A stretch of DNA of 64,000 nucleotides from an uncultured delta proteobacterium (GCA_963823335.1 CAWGLD010000001.1:1056001-1120000); one strand, 5' to 3'. Counted from the stretch's first letter, positions 19,378 through 29,464 are shown. Translations and numbers: made by a program. The notes: generated by a model not told the origin, from the sequence alone.

Positions 19378-20175
19378 TCAATTCCCTTTAAACCGGGGGT
19401 CGCGTTTTTCAAGAAATGCCGTGATACCTTCCGTGAAGTCTTCGGTTTTTGATGAGAGTAAAAACTGATCCGCATCCATGTGCATAATGGCCTGATCCAG
19501 TGCCGAAACAATGGCGTTGACACTCCGTTTTACCATCTGAGCAGCTATGGGCGGTTTTGAAGCATATGTTTCGGCCATCTTCCTGGCGCTTACAAGAAGA
19601 TCTTCTGCGGTCACTACCTCATCCAGGAAGCCCCAGTTTAAGAGTGTGGCGGCATTTTCTTTTTTTGCCAAGATAACCATCTGCTTGGCTTTTGAAGGAC
19701 CGATCAGGTTGACGCACATGGGCAGGGCCACCCAACTCAGGTTCATACCCAGTCCGACTTCAGGATATCCAACAAGGCAGTCTTCAGCACCCACGCGAAA
19801 GTCGCAGGCTGCGGCAATACACGCCCCCCCGCCGGTAGCGGCACCATTGACAGCGGCAATGGTTATCTGATCCATATTGTATATGGCCTTGATCATACGG
19901 GGCCCAAGCTTTAAAAATCGCGACTTCATCAACATGGAATCTTCTTGAAAGCGTTGGATATATTCGATGTCGGTAAGGTCCAGACCTGCAGAGAAGCATC
20001 TTCCAGCGCCGGTAAAGATGACCACACGGGTCTCGACGTCTTCCCGGAAATCCTCTGCAGTCGCTATAATTTCATGCATGAGTTGAACATTCAATGCATT
20101 CAGCGAATCCGGGCGATTGAAGATGACGGTTGCCACATGACGATCTTTCTCGATGGTCAGGTGCTTGACGTTCAT
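19378..20175 (-). CDS. Enoyl-CoA hydratase/isomerase family protein
   Basis: NRPDSLNAL, FSAGLDL, AAVNGAATGGG, PEVGLG. Confidence 0.9.
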   Translation of the reverse strand: MNVKHLTIEKDRHVATVIFNRPDSLNALNVQLMHEIIATAEDFREDVETRVVIFTGAGRCFSAGLDLTDIEYIQRFQEDSMLMKSRFLKLGPRMIKAIYNMDQITIAAVNGAATGGGACIAAACDFRVGAEDCLVGYPEVGLGMNLSWVALPMCVNLIGPSKAKQMVILAKKENAATLLNWGFLDEVVTAEDLLVSARKMAETYASKPPIAAQMVKRSVNAIVSALDQAIMHMDADQFLLSSKTEDFTEGITAFLEKRDPRFKGN

Positions 20176-21365
20176 TTTACCTCGCCTGGTCGGTTTAGAC
20201 CGCTTTGATTCTTTTTGTTTGTAACAGATGCCAGCAATTGCATGACCTTTTCCCGATGGTAAACGGATGTTCCGAGCGCTGCCTGATTGGCCTTTGCCCT
20301 TTTGAGATACAGGTGCATCTCGTTCTCCATGGTAAAACCAGTGCCTCCCAGCACTTGAATACCCCTGGCGGCAACCTTGGTAAAAGCATCAGCACAGTAG
20401 GATTTTGACGAAGACGCTGCGATGGCGGCTTCCTTTTCGGTGCCATAATCCTGAGCCCAGGAGGCCCAATACAACATGCTTCGGGAACTTTCAGTCTCCG
20501 TAAACATCTGGGCGCACATGTGCTTGACCGCCTGGAACGATCCAATGGGCTGATCATACTGAACCCGCACCTTGGCGTAGTCGGAAGCGAGTTCCATGGC
20601 TTTCTGGGCACCGCCGACAGCTTCGGCGCACAACCCCACCTGTGCCCGCTGAAGGGCCTGAAGCAGCGGTTGCCAGCCCTTGTTCAGTTTGCCGAGTATC
20701 GATTCCTGGTTCAGCCGTACGCCTTTACATATTACCGCGCTCAGTTTTCGTGTCCCGTCCATGGTTGGCAAGGGCGATATGGTGATGCCTTTCTCCTTGG
20801 CGCTCAAGATAAAAAGAGAGATGCTGTCCGCTGGTTTGCCGGTTGTACCGGTACGGACAGGCATCACGATAAAATCGGCCAGGTGAGCATCGGGTACATA
20901 CAGTTTGGTGCCGTCGAGAATATAGTCATCCCCGCTCTTGATGCCGGACATGTGAATATAACCGGGGTCGGAGCCCCCGTCGGGTTCATGAAGAGCCAGG
21001 GTTGCCAGGTTTTTACCGTCGGCAATGGCGCGCAGGTATTGTTTTTTCTGGCCGTCTGTCCCAGCGGCCATGATCGTCTCGCCGGCCAGGATGACTGTTG
21101 AGAAAAATGGCCCGGGAACCACGGCCCGACCCATCTCTTCCAGCAGCAGGCTCATATCGATCTGCTCCATTCCCATACCCCCGTAGGTTTCCGGGACCCG
21201 CATGGCCATCCAATCCATTTCAGCCATTTTCTGCCAGAGGTCGTCGGTTATCCCCCGTTCATCTTTAAGCATCTCCTGGACATATTCCGGTGGACACTCT
21301 TTTTTTAAAAACCGCCGCGCTTCCTGTGCGATATTCTGCTGTGTTTTGCTGAGGGTGATATCCAT
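20172..21365 (-). CDS. Acyl-CoA dehydrogenase family protein (probable non-catalytic partner subunit)
   Basis: EEMGR, LDGTKLYV, RVQYDQPIGSFQAVKH, LGGTGFT; no Glu at the LxxER position. Confidence 0.85.
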   Translation of the reverse strand: MDITLSKTQQNIAQEARRFLKKECPPEYVQEMLKDERGITDDLWQKMAEMDWMAMRVPETYGGMGMEQIDMSLLLEEMGRAVVPGPFFSTVILAGETIMAAGTDGQKKQYLRAIADGKNLATLALHEPDGGSDPGYIHMSGIKSGDDYILDGTKLYVPDAHLADFIVMPVRTGTTGKPADSISLFILSAKEKGITISPLPTMDGTRKLSAVICKGVRLNQESILGKLNKGWQPLLQALQRAQVGLCAEAVGGAQKAMELASDYAKVRVQYDQPIGSFQAVKHMCAQMFTETESSRSMLYWASWAQDYGTEKEAAIAASSSKSYCADAFTKVAARGIQVLGGTGFTMENEMHLYLKRAKANQAALGTSVYHREKVMQLLASVTNKKNQSGLNRPGEVK

Positions 21366-21433
21366 GGTAACCTAACTCCTTTGATGTATTCTATCTTTTG
21401 GGTTCTATCAATCAAATGCCTCGTCGAACTAAA

Positions 21434-22651
21434 TCAGGAAGTGCTTTTGTCTCGAGAAGCATCTTTAGGTAGTCCCAATACACGCTCGCCAATAATGTTG
21501 CGCTGAATTTCCGATGTCCCGGCTTCGATGGTATTTCCTTTTGACCTTAAAAACGCATACTGCCAGCTGCCGTTTTGAACTGACCAAGGGCCGCCGGTTA
21601 CCTGCCCGGCCGGGCCCTGCATGTCCATGGCAGCCTCGGTGATGCGTTGATTCGGCTCGCTCCATAAAAGCTTACCGATGGAGCCCTCCGGCCCCGGGAT
21701 TCCTGTTTTGATGTGACTGCTGAAATTTCGCAAGCCATGATATTTCAGGGCCATAATTTCTATGTAAGACTGGGCGATCTGTTGCCGGTACACGGGGTCT
21801 TCAATAACGGGCTTTCCCGAATTCTTGGTGGTTGCGGCCATGCGAATCAGTTTTTCAACATTTGTTTCATAGGCGGCGCTGATAACGACATCACCCATGG
21901 CACGCTCGAACATCAGTGTGGTGATGGCCATTTTCCACCCCTGCCCCTCTTCACCGATGAGACTGCTTACAGGCACCCGGACATTGTCAAAAAAGACTTC
22001 GTTAAATTCCGCTTCCCCGGTTATCTGTGTCATGGGCCTGGGATCGATACCTGGCAGGGACATGTCTACCAACAGATAGCTGAGTCCTTTGTGCTTTCGG
22101 GACTCCGGATCCGTGCGGACTACCAGAAGGCAGTAGTCTGCAAAGTGTGCCATGCTGGTCCAGACTTTCTGGCCGTTTACAATATAATCGTTCCCATCCC
22201 GTACAGCCATGGTTGAAACATTGGCTACATCGGAACCAGCGTCCGGCTCACTGAAACCCTGGCACCAAAGATGAGAGCCGTCGAGAATCTTTGGGATAAA
22301 TTTTTTCTTCTGATTCTCTGTTCCACAGAAATAGATGAGAGGAAGTGCCATGCCATGCGTGATGACGCCGGGCATGACCAGGGAGATACACCTTCGGCCC
22401 ATCTCCTGGGAGACAATCACCCCCTCCATGAGCGATCTACCCTGTCCGCCATAAGCTTTGTCGTAATGCATACCGGCATAACCTGCCTCGGACAGCTTTT
22501 TTTGAAAATCCCTGTAGGCGTCTCGGATCTTTTCGGGCTCCTTGAAGGTCGGTTGATTAAACGGATCCCAGCCACCCGGCAGGGTCTGATTTAGCCACTC
22601 CCGGAATTCCTGTCTGAAGGCCTCTTCGGCGGGTGTCAATCGAAAATCCAT
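21434..22651 (-). CDS. Acyl-CoA dehydrogenase (FadE-like, catalytic subunit)
   Basis: WCQGFSEPDAGSD, NGQKVWTS, EFNEVFFDNVRVP, LMFER, IEAGTSEIQRNII. Confidence 0.9.
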   Translation of the reverse strand: MDFRLTPAEEAFRQEFREWLNQTLPGGWDPFNQPTFKEPEKIRDAYRDFQKKLSEAGYAGMHYDKAYGGQGRSLMEGVIVSQEMGRRCISLVMPGVITHGMALPLIYFCGTENQKKKFIPKILDGSHLWCQGFSEPDAGSDVANVSTMAVRDGNDYIVNGQKVWTSMAHFADYCLLVVRTDPESRKHKGLSYLLVDMSLPGIDPRPMTQITGEAEFNEVFFDNVRVPVSSLIGEEGQGWKMAITTLMFERAMGDVVISAAYETNVEKLIRMAATTKNSGKPVIEDPVYRQQIAQSYIEIMALKYHGLRNFSSHIKTGIPGPEGSIGKLLWSEPNQRITEAAMDMQGPAGQVTGGPWSVQNGSWQYAFLRSKGNTIEAGTSEIQRNIIGERVLGLPKDASRDKSTS

Positions 22652-22803
22652 AAAGTAGCTCCTTTGCTAAAGTGGGTCATCCCTTGGTTGGACAATTGTT
22701 TTTACTCATACCCGATTTATTTCTTTTGGTGCAATATGAAACTGAAGGACCCAACGACAAGCCACGGGGACTGCACTCGTTGTCTTGACGCTATGTTGTA
22801 ATA

Positions 22804-23748
22804 TCAGGGTTCCATGTGGCGGAGGGCTATCACTCGATCACCTCCCTGGCGTTTGGCCTCATACATGGCCACATCGGCCCGTTTAATAAAGGATTCGGTG
22901 GTTTCATTCTCTTCCAGCTGGGCCACACCGGCACTGAGTGTTACCGGCCTAAGATCCATGTCTTTATAGGTGATATCATATGGCCAATGTGCATTGAGAC
23001 TTGTCCTGATTTTTTCACCGGTTTGTTTTGCATTCTGTAATGAAGCTTCAGGCAGAAGAACGAAAAACTCGTCGCCGCCATATCGATATGCCGTATCAGA
23101 TTTTCGGACAATATCCAAAAGCAGTTTTCCAACGATTCGTAGAATGTTATCTCCTTCCAGGTGTCCCAACTGGTCGTTACAGTCCTTGAAATGATCCAGG
23201 TCAAAACAAATGAGGCTCAATGGGCGCTTGTACCTCATGGAACGTCCTATTTCTTTTGAAAGGGTAGAATAAAAATAGCGTTGATTGTAAAGACGGGTTA
23301 ACCCATCGGTTATGGAGAGTTGACGCAGCTTTTTTTCAACCTCTTTTTGGGGGCTCAAGTCATGAAAAAAGCCCACGCTGCCGATTTCTTCATTGTTATT
23401 GTAGATTAAGGCAGCGGAAAGACGTATGGGAACTTTCTTTCCGGCCTGTGTTTTAATCTCAATGCCATAGCCTTCTAGATATCCTTTGTCTCCGTACATG
23501 TCGGAATAGAGATGCCTTTTTATTTCTCTGGCAATCTCTGAAGAAGGATAAATCTCAATGATGTTTTTTTTGCCGATGGTTTTCCCGGCACTGTGACCGG
23601 TCAAAACTTCCGCGGCCCGGTTGAAAATGGTGATCAATCCGGAACGATTGATGGCAATAACGCCATCCGGACACAGAGCCACAAGGTTGACAAGAAATTC
23701 TTTTTCGTTTGATTGAATGTGTTGTAGGGAAACGATTTCCTCGCGCAT
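22804..23748 (-). CDS. PAS-GGDEF diguanylate cyclase
   Basis: PAS (DGVIAIN...FNRAAE); TDGLTRLYNQR, DLDHFK, RKSD I-site and intact GGDEF; GGAGG RBS before ATG 23748. Confidence 0.92.
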   Translation of the reverse strand: MREEIVSLQHIQSNEKEFLVNLVALCPDGVIAINRSGLITIFNRAAEVLTGHSAGKTIGKKNIIEIYPSSEIAREIKRHLYSDMYGDKGYLEGYGIEIKTQAGKKVPIRLSAALIYNNNEEIGSVGFFHDLSPQKEVEKKLRQLSITDGLTRLYNQRYFYSTLSKEIGRSMRYKRPLSLICFDLDHFKDCNDQLGHLEGDNILRIVGKLLLDIVRKSDTAYRYGGDEFFVLLPEASLQNAKQTGEKIRTSLNAHWPYDITYKDMDLRPVTLSAGVAQLEENETTESFIKRADVAMYEAKRQGGDRVIALRHMEP

Positions 23749-23775
23749 TCGACACCTCCATGTCAACAGATCAAA

Positions 23776-25005
23776 TCATTCAGAAAGATACTTATTCAGT
23801 TCTTCCTTGGGTATTCCCAGGCAGTAGAGCACATTTAGAAGCTGGTCATTGCTGAGCACGCCATCGGTCATGATACTCGGATTTTCAGGTTTCAACGCAA
23901 TAGAAAGGCCAACATTCTCAATGAAATGGGATGATTTAGAGCCATCTCCCACCGCAATGACCTGTTCCCTGCGGATGTTTTCATTCTGCATAATAAACTC
24001 GAGCAATTCTTCCTTGGTGTCGTTGGTAATAATGGGCTGCTCCAGGTTTCCAGTGAATACGCCGTTTTCGTCTATCTCAAGGGTATTTGAAAAAGCATAA
24101 TCCACGCCGGCGGTCTCAAAGATTCTTTTTATGAAAAAGTTGAATCCGGATGACAACAGGGCGATTTTAAAGCCCATGGATTTCAATATCTTGATAAGTT
24201 CAAAAGTTCCAGGATTCAACTGAAGGATATCAACATATTTTTTAAGATCATCGGCAGATAATCCTTTCAGTCTTTTGGCATTGTAAACCAGCGCTTCCAT
24301 CTGGCCGGCAATTATCTCTCCCGGCCTGGAAACATCGGTTTCCGGTCGCATTCTTCCATTGATTGTCTTAATAAATTTTTTGAGGGAAACCCGTTGTACC
24401 AGACTGGATTCAACATCAAATACGACCAGTTTCTTACTTCTTTGATAAATATTTCCACTTTGAATTACCACACTCTGATCTATTTCAGTACATAGTTTTT
24501 TCAGGTCGGATTTCATCTTCTTGATGCAGGCATCATGGGACATTTCAGGGGTGTCATTCATTGTGCTGGTATCGATGATCACCTCCATGGAAAAGAAAGC
24601 ACCCCGGGCGATCATTCGGCACTTTTCAATGGCAATTCGATAGCTGTGAAACAGGCTCGATACCTTGGCGATAATACCCGGTTGATCAACACCGATGATG
24701 GTTACAAGATGGCTTTCGTGTTGGGATGGCAAAAAGGATGTCTTGTCATCATAGCGGTCGAGAATGATTTTGATACCGGTCTTTTCCTGGATCGCTTTCA
24801 ACCTTGAAATGATATGCGCTATGGTGTGTTTTGATGACGAGAAATCAATCACAAGAAAAATAGAAAACAGACCTCGTCTGCAATTCTCTTCAACATCTAC
24901 GATGTTGCCGTCCATTTCGAATATGGTATTCGTAATTAACGCAAACAAGCCGGGCGTATAGGGTCCAACGGCAGATACGCTGATCAGTTTTTGTTTTGTT
25001 TTCAT
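23776..25005 (-). CDS. ACT-ACT-HAD SerB-like protein with degenerate catalytic motifs
   Basis: Two ACT domains (GPYTPGL, GVDQPGI) plus a PSP-like HAD domain; motif I FDVESSL and motif IV GDGSKSS differ from DxDST/GDGAND. Confidence 0.8.
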   Translation of the reverse strand: MKTKQKLISVSAVGPYTPGLFALITNTIFEMDGNIVDVEENCRRGLFSIFLVIDFSSSKHTIAHIISRLKAIQEKTGIKIILDRYDDKTSFLPSQHESHLVTIIGVDQPGIIAKVSSLFHSYRIAIEKCRMIARGAFFSMEVIIDTSTMNDTPEMSHDACIKKMKSDLKKLCTEIDQSVVIQSGNIYQRSKKLVVFDVESSLVQRVSLKKFIKTINGRMRPETDVSRPGEIIAGQMEALVYNAKRLKGLSADDLKKYVDILQLNPGTFELIKILKSMGFKIALLSSGFNFFIKRIFETAGVDYAFSNTLEIDENGVFTGNLEQPIITNDTKEELLEFIMQNENIRREQVIAVGDGSKSSHFIENVGLSIALKPENPSIMTDGVLSNDQLLNVLYCLGIPKEELNKYLSE

Positions 25006-25895
25006 TGAGAACCCTTTTGTTTTGAGCTGAAAAAAACGAACAGCTCTTCTTCATAGTAGCGGCCATCGATAATCTGACCAGGTCCGAACCGCCGCATCTG
25101 TTTTGCCTGCAAGAACCTTTCGAATCGTTGGTTGATTTCTTTCAGAGAAATGTTCTCATTAAGCCAATACCCTGGGAAATTGACATTAAGAGGTCTGGCA
25201 GGAATTACGTGACGGGTTGTTTTGGGTGCAAATATTTTTCTTTTCTTTGCGGAGGCGATGACGATTTTTTTGGTCAGTATAGGTGTCCAAACGACGGCTT
25301 GGTTGGCATTCAATTTCTGGCAAAACTGTTCTGTGTGAACCGCAGTGCAAGGAATATAGTCCAGGGATATCTGCATGGATATCAATTGTTGCTGAATTTG
25401 ATGCAGCAGATCGAATGTCGCCACCGCATCCCGCGATAAGCACTTCGGGAATTCTATAAAAATGCAGTCATCTGTCCGTTGAATGCCGCACGCATCCGTG
25501 TTGGCCTCCAGGGCCTCCATCAGTGATGATTTGTTTGGAACTGGATGGAGACGGCATCCTAATGATTCAAAGGTATTTCTAATGATATCGAAATTTGAAA
25601 TGTGCCCGAGCAGCCTGAACCAGCGTCGCAATTTTGTGTTGTCATTCAGGTAGTCTATTTTACAAACAGGAATATATCTTAAGTTCAAGGCATTGAAAAC
25701 ATAGGTCCGGTGGTTTCCATCCAGGACCACATGATTTTCATCGACAATGATCGGGTTTTGAAGATGTGCGAGGTTCTTAAACTCATAGGTAAGCTTAACG
25801 GCTTTTTGCGGAAGGATCCGTTCATGTTGCAACAGTGTTTTAACCGGCACAACTTCCAGTTCCAATCTTAATGTGTTTGTTTTGATACAATACAT
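25002..25895 (-). CDS. serK: SerK/SbnI-family free serine kinase (ParB/Srx fold)
   Basis: QHER, VLDGNHR, IDY...RRWF, IFAPKTTRHVIP and C-terminal RYYEEELFVF; match recalled Thermococcus SerK (PHEQ, DGHHR, FSPKTTRHVLP) and the SbnI C-terminus. Confidence 0.7.
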   Translation of the reverse strand: MYCIKTNTLRLELEVVPVKTLLQHERILPQKAVKLTYEFKNLAHLQNPIIVDENHVVLDGNHRTYVFNALNLRYIPVCKIDYLNDNTKLRRWFRLLGHISNFDIIRNTFESLGCRLHPVPNKSSLMEALEANTDACGIQRTDDCIFIEFPKCLSRDAVATFDLLHQIQQQLISMQISLDYIPCTAVHTEQFCQKLNANQAVVWTPILTKKIVIASAKKRKIFAPKTTRHVIPARPLNVNFPGYWLNENISLKEINQRFERFLQAKQMRRFGPGQIIDGRYYEEELFVFFSSKQKGSQ

Positions 25896-26092
25896 TTTTT
25901 AAGAAAGACCTTGATTCTGTCCGGGTCTGTAATGGCAGATAGATCCATACGTAACAGCACAAGTATACCAGGCTGCTATCGGAGAGAAATGGATGCATTT
26001 TGCCGGTAAGCGGCAATGTTGCCTCAAATAGCATCGCAAAGGAGTTTATTGAATCATCGCCGATGATGTCAAATAGAAATTATCTGGGCGGG

Positions 26093-27376
26093 CTAGGCGG
26101 CCCTGCTAGTATGCTTTGCAGGCCTCATCGTGTCAGGCTCAAAGTTCAAAGTGGCAAAATAATCTTCGACATGTTCTTCCCTTCGAATCAACGCGACGGT
26201 TCCGTCTGCGCAAAGCAGGAGCTCTTTTGGTCGCAACCGTCCGTTGTAGTTGAATCCCATGGAGTAGCCATGTGCCCCGGTATCGTGTATACAAAGAATA
26301 TCTCCTGCATCGATATCCGGAAGACGTCGCTGAATGGCGAACTTGTCGTTGTTTTCACAAAGGGACCCCACCACATCGACCTTTTTATCGTTTTCAGTTG
26401 CACGTTTTCCGAGAATATCGATGTGGTGATAGGCGCCGTATATGGCAGGACGCATGAGGGATGACATGGAAGCGTCCACACCGATATAGGTGCGATAAAT
26501 ATCCTTTCGGTTTATGGCACTTGTCACCAGCACACCGTGAGGTCCGGTAATGTAGCGACCGCTTTCCATATAGAGTCTGGGAACATATCCGTTTCTGTCT
26601 TTGAACGAAATAAAAAGCGTTGTAATAGCTGCGGCCATCTCTTTCAGATTCAAAGGCGTTTCCGACGGGTGATAGGGTATTCCGAGGCCGCCCCCCATGT
26701 TGACAAATTCAAATCGTTGGCCAAGAGCGCCTGACAGTGTTTCCACGGTTTCCAACAGCATCTGAACCGTATGGATCATGTAGTCATGGTTCAATTCGTT
26801 GGATGCCAGCATGGTATGAATTCCCAGTTTTTTAGCGCCCCTTTGAATGGCCATCTGATATGCCTGGCATAACTGGGTGGAACTGACCCCATATTTGGAC
26901 TCGAGTGGATCACCGATGATGTTGTTCCCGGTTCTTTTTGCTCCGGGATTGTATCGGAAACTGATCCGCTCCGGCATCTGTGGTACCTTGGAGACCAGAG
27001 AAATATCGTCGAGATTCAAGATGCATCCACCACCGGATGCCGCCTTTTCAAACTCTGTGGTACTGGTGTTGTTGGATGTAAACATGATATCTTCCCCACG
27101 CGACCCGATCTTGCGGCTAAGCAACAGTTCAGGAACGGAACTGCAGTCGAAACCGAACCCAAGATCTTTTAATATCCTGAGTATGCGCGGGTTGGGTAGC
27201 GCCTTTACAGCATAATATTCCCGGAATAGATCAATTTCCGAAAATGCAGCTATCAGGTCTGTGCCTGTTTCCTGGATGCCCTTTGCGTCATACAGGTGGA
27301 AGGGGGTGCCAAAGTGGTTTACAATATCTTTCAGCAAGGGGAAAAGCCGGTTTTTGAATGATGCCGACATGGGCAT
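26093..27376 (-). CDS. lysA: Diaminopimelate decarboxylase
   Basis: YAVKALPN (PLP Lys), FDCSS, NMGGGLG, ESGRYI, GSLCENND, GAHGYSMG. Confidence 0.92.
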   Translation of the reverse strand: MPMSASFKNRLFPLLKDIVNHFGTPFHLYDAKGIQETGTDLIAAFSEIDLFREYYAVKALPNPRILRILKDLGFGFDCSSVPELLLSRKIGSRGEDIMFTSNNTSTTEFEKAASGGGCILNLDDISLVSKVPQMPERISFRYNPGAKRTGNNIIGDPLESKYGVSSTQLCQAYQMAIQRGAKKLGIHTMLASNELNHDYMIHTVQMLLETVETLSGALGQRFEFVNMGGGLGIPYHPSETPLNLKEMAAAITTLFISFKDRNGYVPRLYMESGRYITGPHGVLVTSAINRKDIYRTYIGVDASMSSLMRPAIYGAYHHIDILGKRATENDKKVDVVGSLCENNDKFAIQRRLPDIDAGDILCIHDTGAHGYSMGFNYNGRLRPKELLLCADGTVALIRREEHVEDYFATLNFEPDTMRPAKHTSRAA

Positions 27377-27466
27377 GGTTGTATCTCTCCTCTCTCACAA
27401 ATTTCCAGGATAGCGTCTGGGCGTTTCGACCCCGCCCGAACTGCATTCTGATATACATGGGTGTGG

Positions 27467-28690
27467 CTAAAACAGGGCTGATTTAATGCGATCCATGGCA
27501 ATGGCCACATTTTCATAATTGTTAAAGGCACTGATTCTGACAAAGCCCTCACCACACAGCCCAAAACCTGCTCCAGGGGTGCAGACGACACCGGCTTTAT
27601 CCAGAAGCAGATCAAAGAATTCCCATGATTTTCGCTGACAGTCGACCCAGATATAAGGAGAATTGACACCTCCGATACAGATAAACCCCATTTTTGTTAT
27701 TTCTTTTAATATCAGTGCAGCGTTCTGCAGGTAATAATCAATCAATATACGGGTTTGTTGCCTTCCTTCAGGACTGTAGACAGCCTCGGCAGCTTTTTGG
27801 ACCGGATACGAGACACTGTTGAACTTTGTTGTGTGCCTGCGATTCCACAGATCGTTCAGCGAACAGGATTCACCGCTCTCGGTATAGGCGGTGCAGTCTT
27901 TGGGCACCACGGTATAAGCGCAACGGGTACCGGTAAATCCAGCTGTTTTAGAAAAGCTCCTGAACTCAATGGCAACTTGCCGGGCACCTTCGATTTCAAA
28001 TATCGATCTGGGGAGGGTGTCGTCCCGGATAAACGCCTCATAAGCGGCATCGTATAATATCAAAGCACGATGGTCTCTTGCATACGCGACCCATTCACGT
28101 AATTGCTCTTTGGTAATCACGGCACCCGTTGGGTTGTTTGGGTAACATAGGTATATCAAGTCCACTGATGTTGACGGCAGCCGGGGCACAAACCCGTTTT
28201 CCTGACGACATTCCAGATAGGTGATGCCTTCATACCTGCCTTCATGATAAGGCCCGGTACGGCCCGCCATAACATTGGTGTCTACATAAACGGGATATAC
28301 GGGATCCGGGATCGCCACCGTGATATTTTGGGAGAAAATTTCTTGAATGTTACCGGTGTCACATTTGGCACCGTCACTGATAAAGATTTCGTTGGCCTGG
28401 ATATCGGCACCATATTTCTGAAAGTCCTCTTTGGCAATGATTTCCCGTAAGAACGGATACCCCTGTTCAGGACCATATCCTCGAAATGTATGGTCGTGTG
28501 CCATTTCATCGACAGCCAGGTGAAGGGCCTGAATACAGGCTTTTGGCAATGCCCGGGTCACATCGCCGATTCCCAGTTTGATAATTTCTTTGGTCGGGTT
28601 TTCCGCTTGGTGCTGATTTACCCGCCTGGCTATTTCGGCAAATAAGTAAGATGATTGCAGTTTTTGGTAGTTTTCGTTGATTCGGATCAT
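27467..28690 (-). CDS. dapL: LL-diaminopimelate aminotransferase
   Basis: [46 protein letters not shown]. Confidence 0.95.
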   Translation of the reverse strand: MIRINENYQKLQSSYLFAEIARRVNQHQAENPTKEIIKLGIGDVTRALPKACIQALHLAVDEMAHDHTFRGYGPEQGYPFLREIIAKEDFQKYGADIQANEIFISDGAKCDTGNIQEIFSQNITVAIPDPVYPVYVDTNVMAGRTGPYHEGRYEGITYLECRQENGFVPRLPSTSVDLIYLCYPNNPTGAVITKEQLREWVAYARDHRALILYDAAYEAFIRDDTLPRSIFEIEGARQVAIEFRSFSKTAGFTGTRCAYTVVPKDCTAYTESGESCSLNDLWNRRHTTKFNSVSYPVQKAAEAVYSPEGRQQTRILIDYYLQNAALILKEITKMGFICIGGVNSPYIWVDCQRKSWEFFDLLLDKAGVVCTPGAGFGLCGEGFVRISAFNNYENVAIAMDRIKSALF

Positions 28691-28805
28691 ATGCCACCTC
28701 TCGTTTATATGAGTTTAACTTTAGTTTTCTGCGCAGTGTGGTAATAATGCTGCCTTGCTGAATCCAATGACCCTGTCCGTCTGAGTTGTGCGGGGAAAAA
28801 TCAGC

Positions 28806-29273
28806 TTAGGCGATATCATGGGTGTCTATCGGAATTCGTGCTGTTTCTTTGAAGGTAGACATGACAATGGCGGTATGGGTCTTTTTTACATCTGCTATCC
28901 TGAGAATTTTATCCTGGATAAGTTTGCCCAGTTCCGCGACATCGGAAACACGGACCTTCACTAAAAAACCGTCTTCCCCCGTAATATGGTGAACCTCCTG
29001 AATTTCAGGAATCGCTGTGAGCCGCTTGCCTGTCAGGGCCACACTCTCGCGGGAACTTGTGACGACGGTAATAAACGCAACCAGATTTCGTTTGAATTTT
29101 TCAGGGTTCAGGCGGACTTCATACCCATCGATAAACCCTTTTTGTTCAAGCTTACGGATTCGTTCCAATACTGCAGACGGTGCCATATCGACCTGTCTTG
29201 CAACTTCTACGTTCGGAATTCTGGCCTTTGTTTGTAATATCTTCAGTATTTTTAAACTTATTTCGTCTAACAT
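28806..29273 (-). CDS. Lrp/AsnC family transcriptional regulator
   Basis: LDEISLKILKILQ..ARI..EVARQV..VLERIRKLE..G HTH plus RAM domain (HITGED). Confidence 0.92.
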   Translation of the reverse strand: MLDEISLKILKILQTKARIPNVEVARQVDMAPSAVLERIRKLEQKGFIDGYEVRLNPEKFKRNLVAFITVVTSSRESVALTGKRLTAIPEIQEVHHITGEDGFLVKVRVSDVAELGKLIQDKILRIADVKKTHTAIVMSTFKETARIPIDTHDIA

Positions 29274-29297
29274 TCTTAAATCCTCTATTTTCGGAAA

Positions 29298-29337
29298 CTA
29301 ATATTCGTTAATAAGCACCTTGTCAAGAATATAATTC
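29298..29337 (-). promoter_or_regulatory. Putative sigma70 promoter of lrp-dapL-lysA with an adjacent near-palindrome
   Basis: Minus strand TTGACA-17-TATTAG; GAATATAATTC at 29327-29337 abuts the -35. Confidence 0.5.
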
Positions 29338-29435
29338 AAAACAGCTCAGGCGGCACCAATGCCCATGTTTCAGGCTGGAAGGAGCGCGTTGTGCTGCCCA
29401 TTGAGTTCATTTGGTGCAGCATATGATTTCTGTGG

Positions 29436-29464
29436 TTGACTTTGAGTTTTTTATTTAGTATTAT
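29436..29464 (+). promoter_or_regulatory. Putative sigma70 promoter of the usp gene
   Basis: TTGACT-17-TATTAT. Confidence 0.5.

Noticed and set aside
25002-25895. Chromosome-partitioning ParB or defence-system nuclease
   Set aside because: No HTH, no parA neighbour, and the PKTTRH motif points to SerK/SbnI.
28691-28805. Lysine riboswitch or attenuator upstream of dapL
   Set aside because: The spacer is too short and lacks L-box motifs or a Lys-rich leader.
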